DNA of 35,074 nucleotides from a virus (lineage: Duplodnaviria > Caudoviricetes): positions 1-35,074 of IMG/VR virus record IMGVR_UViG_3300049491_000057, one strand, 5' to 3'. This document shows, piece after piece, positions 34,249 to 35,074 of the stretch (position 1 is the first letter of the stretch; the number at the start of each line of letters is the position of its first letter). Under the pieces are notes generated by a model. The model ran no database searches. It saw only the letters and a program-made list of their open reading frames with translations, and was not told where the DNA came from. A program made the translations under genes and the position numbers.

Positions 34249-34447
34249 CAGGTGCTTCTCCTTCAGATTGCCTAAGGAAATTAAGGAAAGCCATTACACG
34301 TCCAGCAAGGTTAAGGCAAGGTTGTTCTTCAAATTGTGTGTCTTGAATTGTAGTTCCTTCCGGCAGGGGTGGATCTAAAACAACCTCAAGCCTAGCGTTT
34401 TCATCGTCAATATCACTAAACTTGAGGCTAATTGTGTTAATTTTCAT
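34211..34447 (-). CDS. Hypothetical protein
   Basis: Start likely ATG 34447 (MKINTISLKF), overlapping the end of the upstream gene. Confidence 0.6.
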   Translation of the reverse strand: MKINTISLKFSDIDDENARLEVVLDPPLPEGTTIQDTQFEEQPCLNLAGRVMAFLNFLRQSEGEAPDGGSRNLIQTVH

Positions 34448-34619
34448 CTTCTTCTTTTTCTCCTTCGAATTCTTCTTGTAGGTAGTCGAACTTCTCAATA
34501 ATTAAATCCTCGAACCTTTCTACTAATTGGTCAGTAGTAATCTCTAATACTTCGAGCAATTCAATTTCATTCAAAGCACGACTCAACCGATACTTTAGAT
34601 CATGAAGAGTCGTTGCCAT
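34437..34619 (-). CDS. Small acidic hypothetical protein
   Basis: AAGGAG SD; EIELLEVLEITTDQLVERFED motif. Confidence 0.75.
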   Translation of the reverse strand: MATTLHDLKYRLSRALNEIELLEVLEITTDQLVERFEDLIIEKFDYLQEEFEGEKEEDEN

Positions 34620-34621
34620 AA

Positions 34622-34798
34622 TTACTCCTTCTCTAGGGCTTCCTGAGAGTCATGGGCCAACTTCTTCAGATAGGCATGAATCTCTTTCTCAGTAGAACCA
34701 GCTGCTTCCATAACCCTGACATCATTCACAATCTTTGTCAGGTTAAACCCAGCTTCCACAAACATAGCTGCATAACTCAGGATGGTATAAATACTCAT
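34622..34798 (-). CDS. Hypothetical protein (58 aa, below the ORF-track cutoff)
   Basis: ATGA overlap with the upstream gene and AAGGAG SD. Reads MSIYTILSYAAMFVEAGFNLTKIVNDVRVMEAAGSTEKEIHAYLKKLAHDSQEALEKE. Confidence 0.7.
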   Translation of the reverse strand: MSIYTILSYAAMFVEAGFNLTKIVNDVRVMEAAGSTEKEIHAYLKKLAHDSQEALEKE

Positions 34799-35073
34799 TT
34801 CTGCTCCTTAGCTGCTTGCTTAGCAGCCTCAAGTCGTACCTGTCTAAAAATCTCATTAGCGATACTTACCTTTAAACTTGCACCATCCAAGTCTCCTTTG
34901 TTGAAGAGCGAGTCTGCCTCATCAATATAGAACAAGGCAGAGGCGGTGCGTGAAGCATAGGCATCTTTCTGGTCTTTGGTAATCAGTCCGTCTTTATAGT
35001 CCTGTCTGAGAGTAATAGTCAGACCGGCATGAACAGCATAAGCTTGGTCGATAGCAGCATTCACTTTCTGCTC
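34795..35073 (-). CDS. Hypothetical helical protein, probably 5'-partial
   Basis: The frame stays open to the right edge upstream of the GTG at 35064. Confidence 0.6.
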   Translation of the reverse strand, partial: EQKVNAAIDQAYAVHAGLTITLRQDYKDGLITKDQKDAYASRTASALFYIDEADSLFNKGDLDGASLKVSIANEIFRQVRLEAAKQAAKEQK

Positions 35074-35074
35074 T

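Noticed and set aside
1-35074. CRISPR array, diversity-generating retroelement, retron, integrase or transposase
   Set aside because: No regularly spaced 25-45 nt repeats, no reverse-transcriptase YxDD protein, no template/variable repeat pair and no recombinase motifs were seen.

Overview
This window is about 35 kb of a tailed, podovirus-like (P22-style tail and ejection genes) dsDNA phage, probably infecting a beta- or gamma-proteobacterium (inferred from a CTGT-N8-ACAG LexA box plus sigmaE, sigma54 and IHF sites). At the left are minus-strand early genes (1-1461; roughly 400-1560 is unusually GC-rich). An ~840-bp non-coding control/terminus region (1519-2360) is packed with host-factor sites. 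A plus-strand late operon (2361-30253) encodes TerS, HNH, TerL, portal, an ~8-kb accessory cassette, GroES, scaffold, major capsid, adaptor, nozzle, needle, three ejection proteins (the largest carries an ADP-ribosyltransferase-like cassette) and a holin-like protein. A convergent minus-strand block carries a GH108 lysozyme, DUF3310, a non-canonical tRNA-like RNA, class II ribonucleotide reductase, an HslV-like Ntn hydrolase and small ORFs. The best candidates for undescribed biology are: (1) the portal-adjacent cassette, which looks like a modular glycosylated virion appendage (repeat scaffold, putative polymer subunit, tagged glycan-active cargo, glycosyltransferase and methyltransferase); (2) the sigma54/IHF/LexA array with back-to-back sigmaE promoters; (3) the repeat-delimited ART cassette; (4) the tRNA mimic. 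All family assignments come from motif recognition by eye; no database searches were run.
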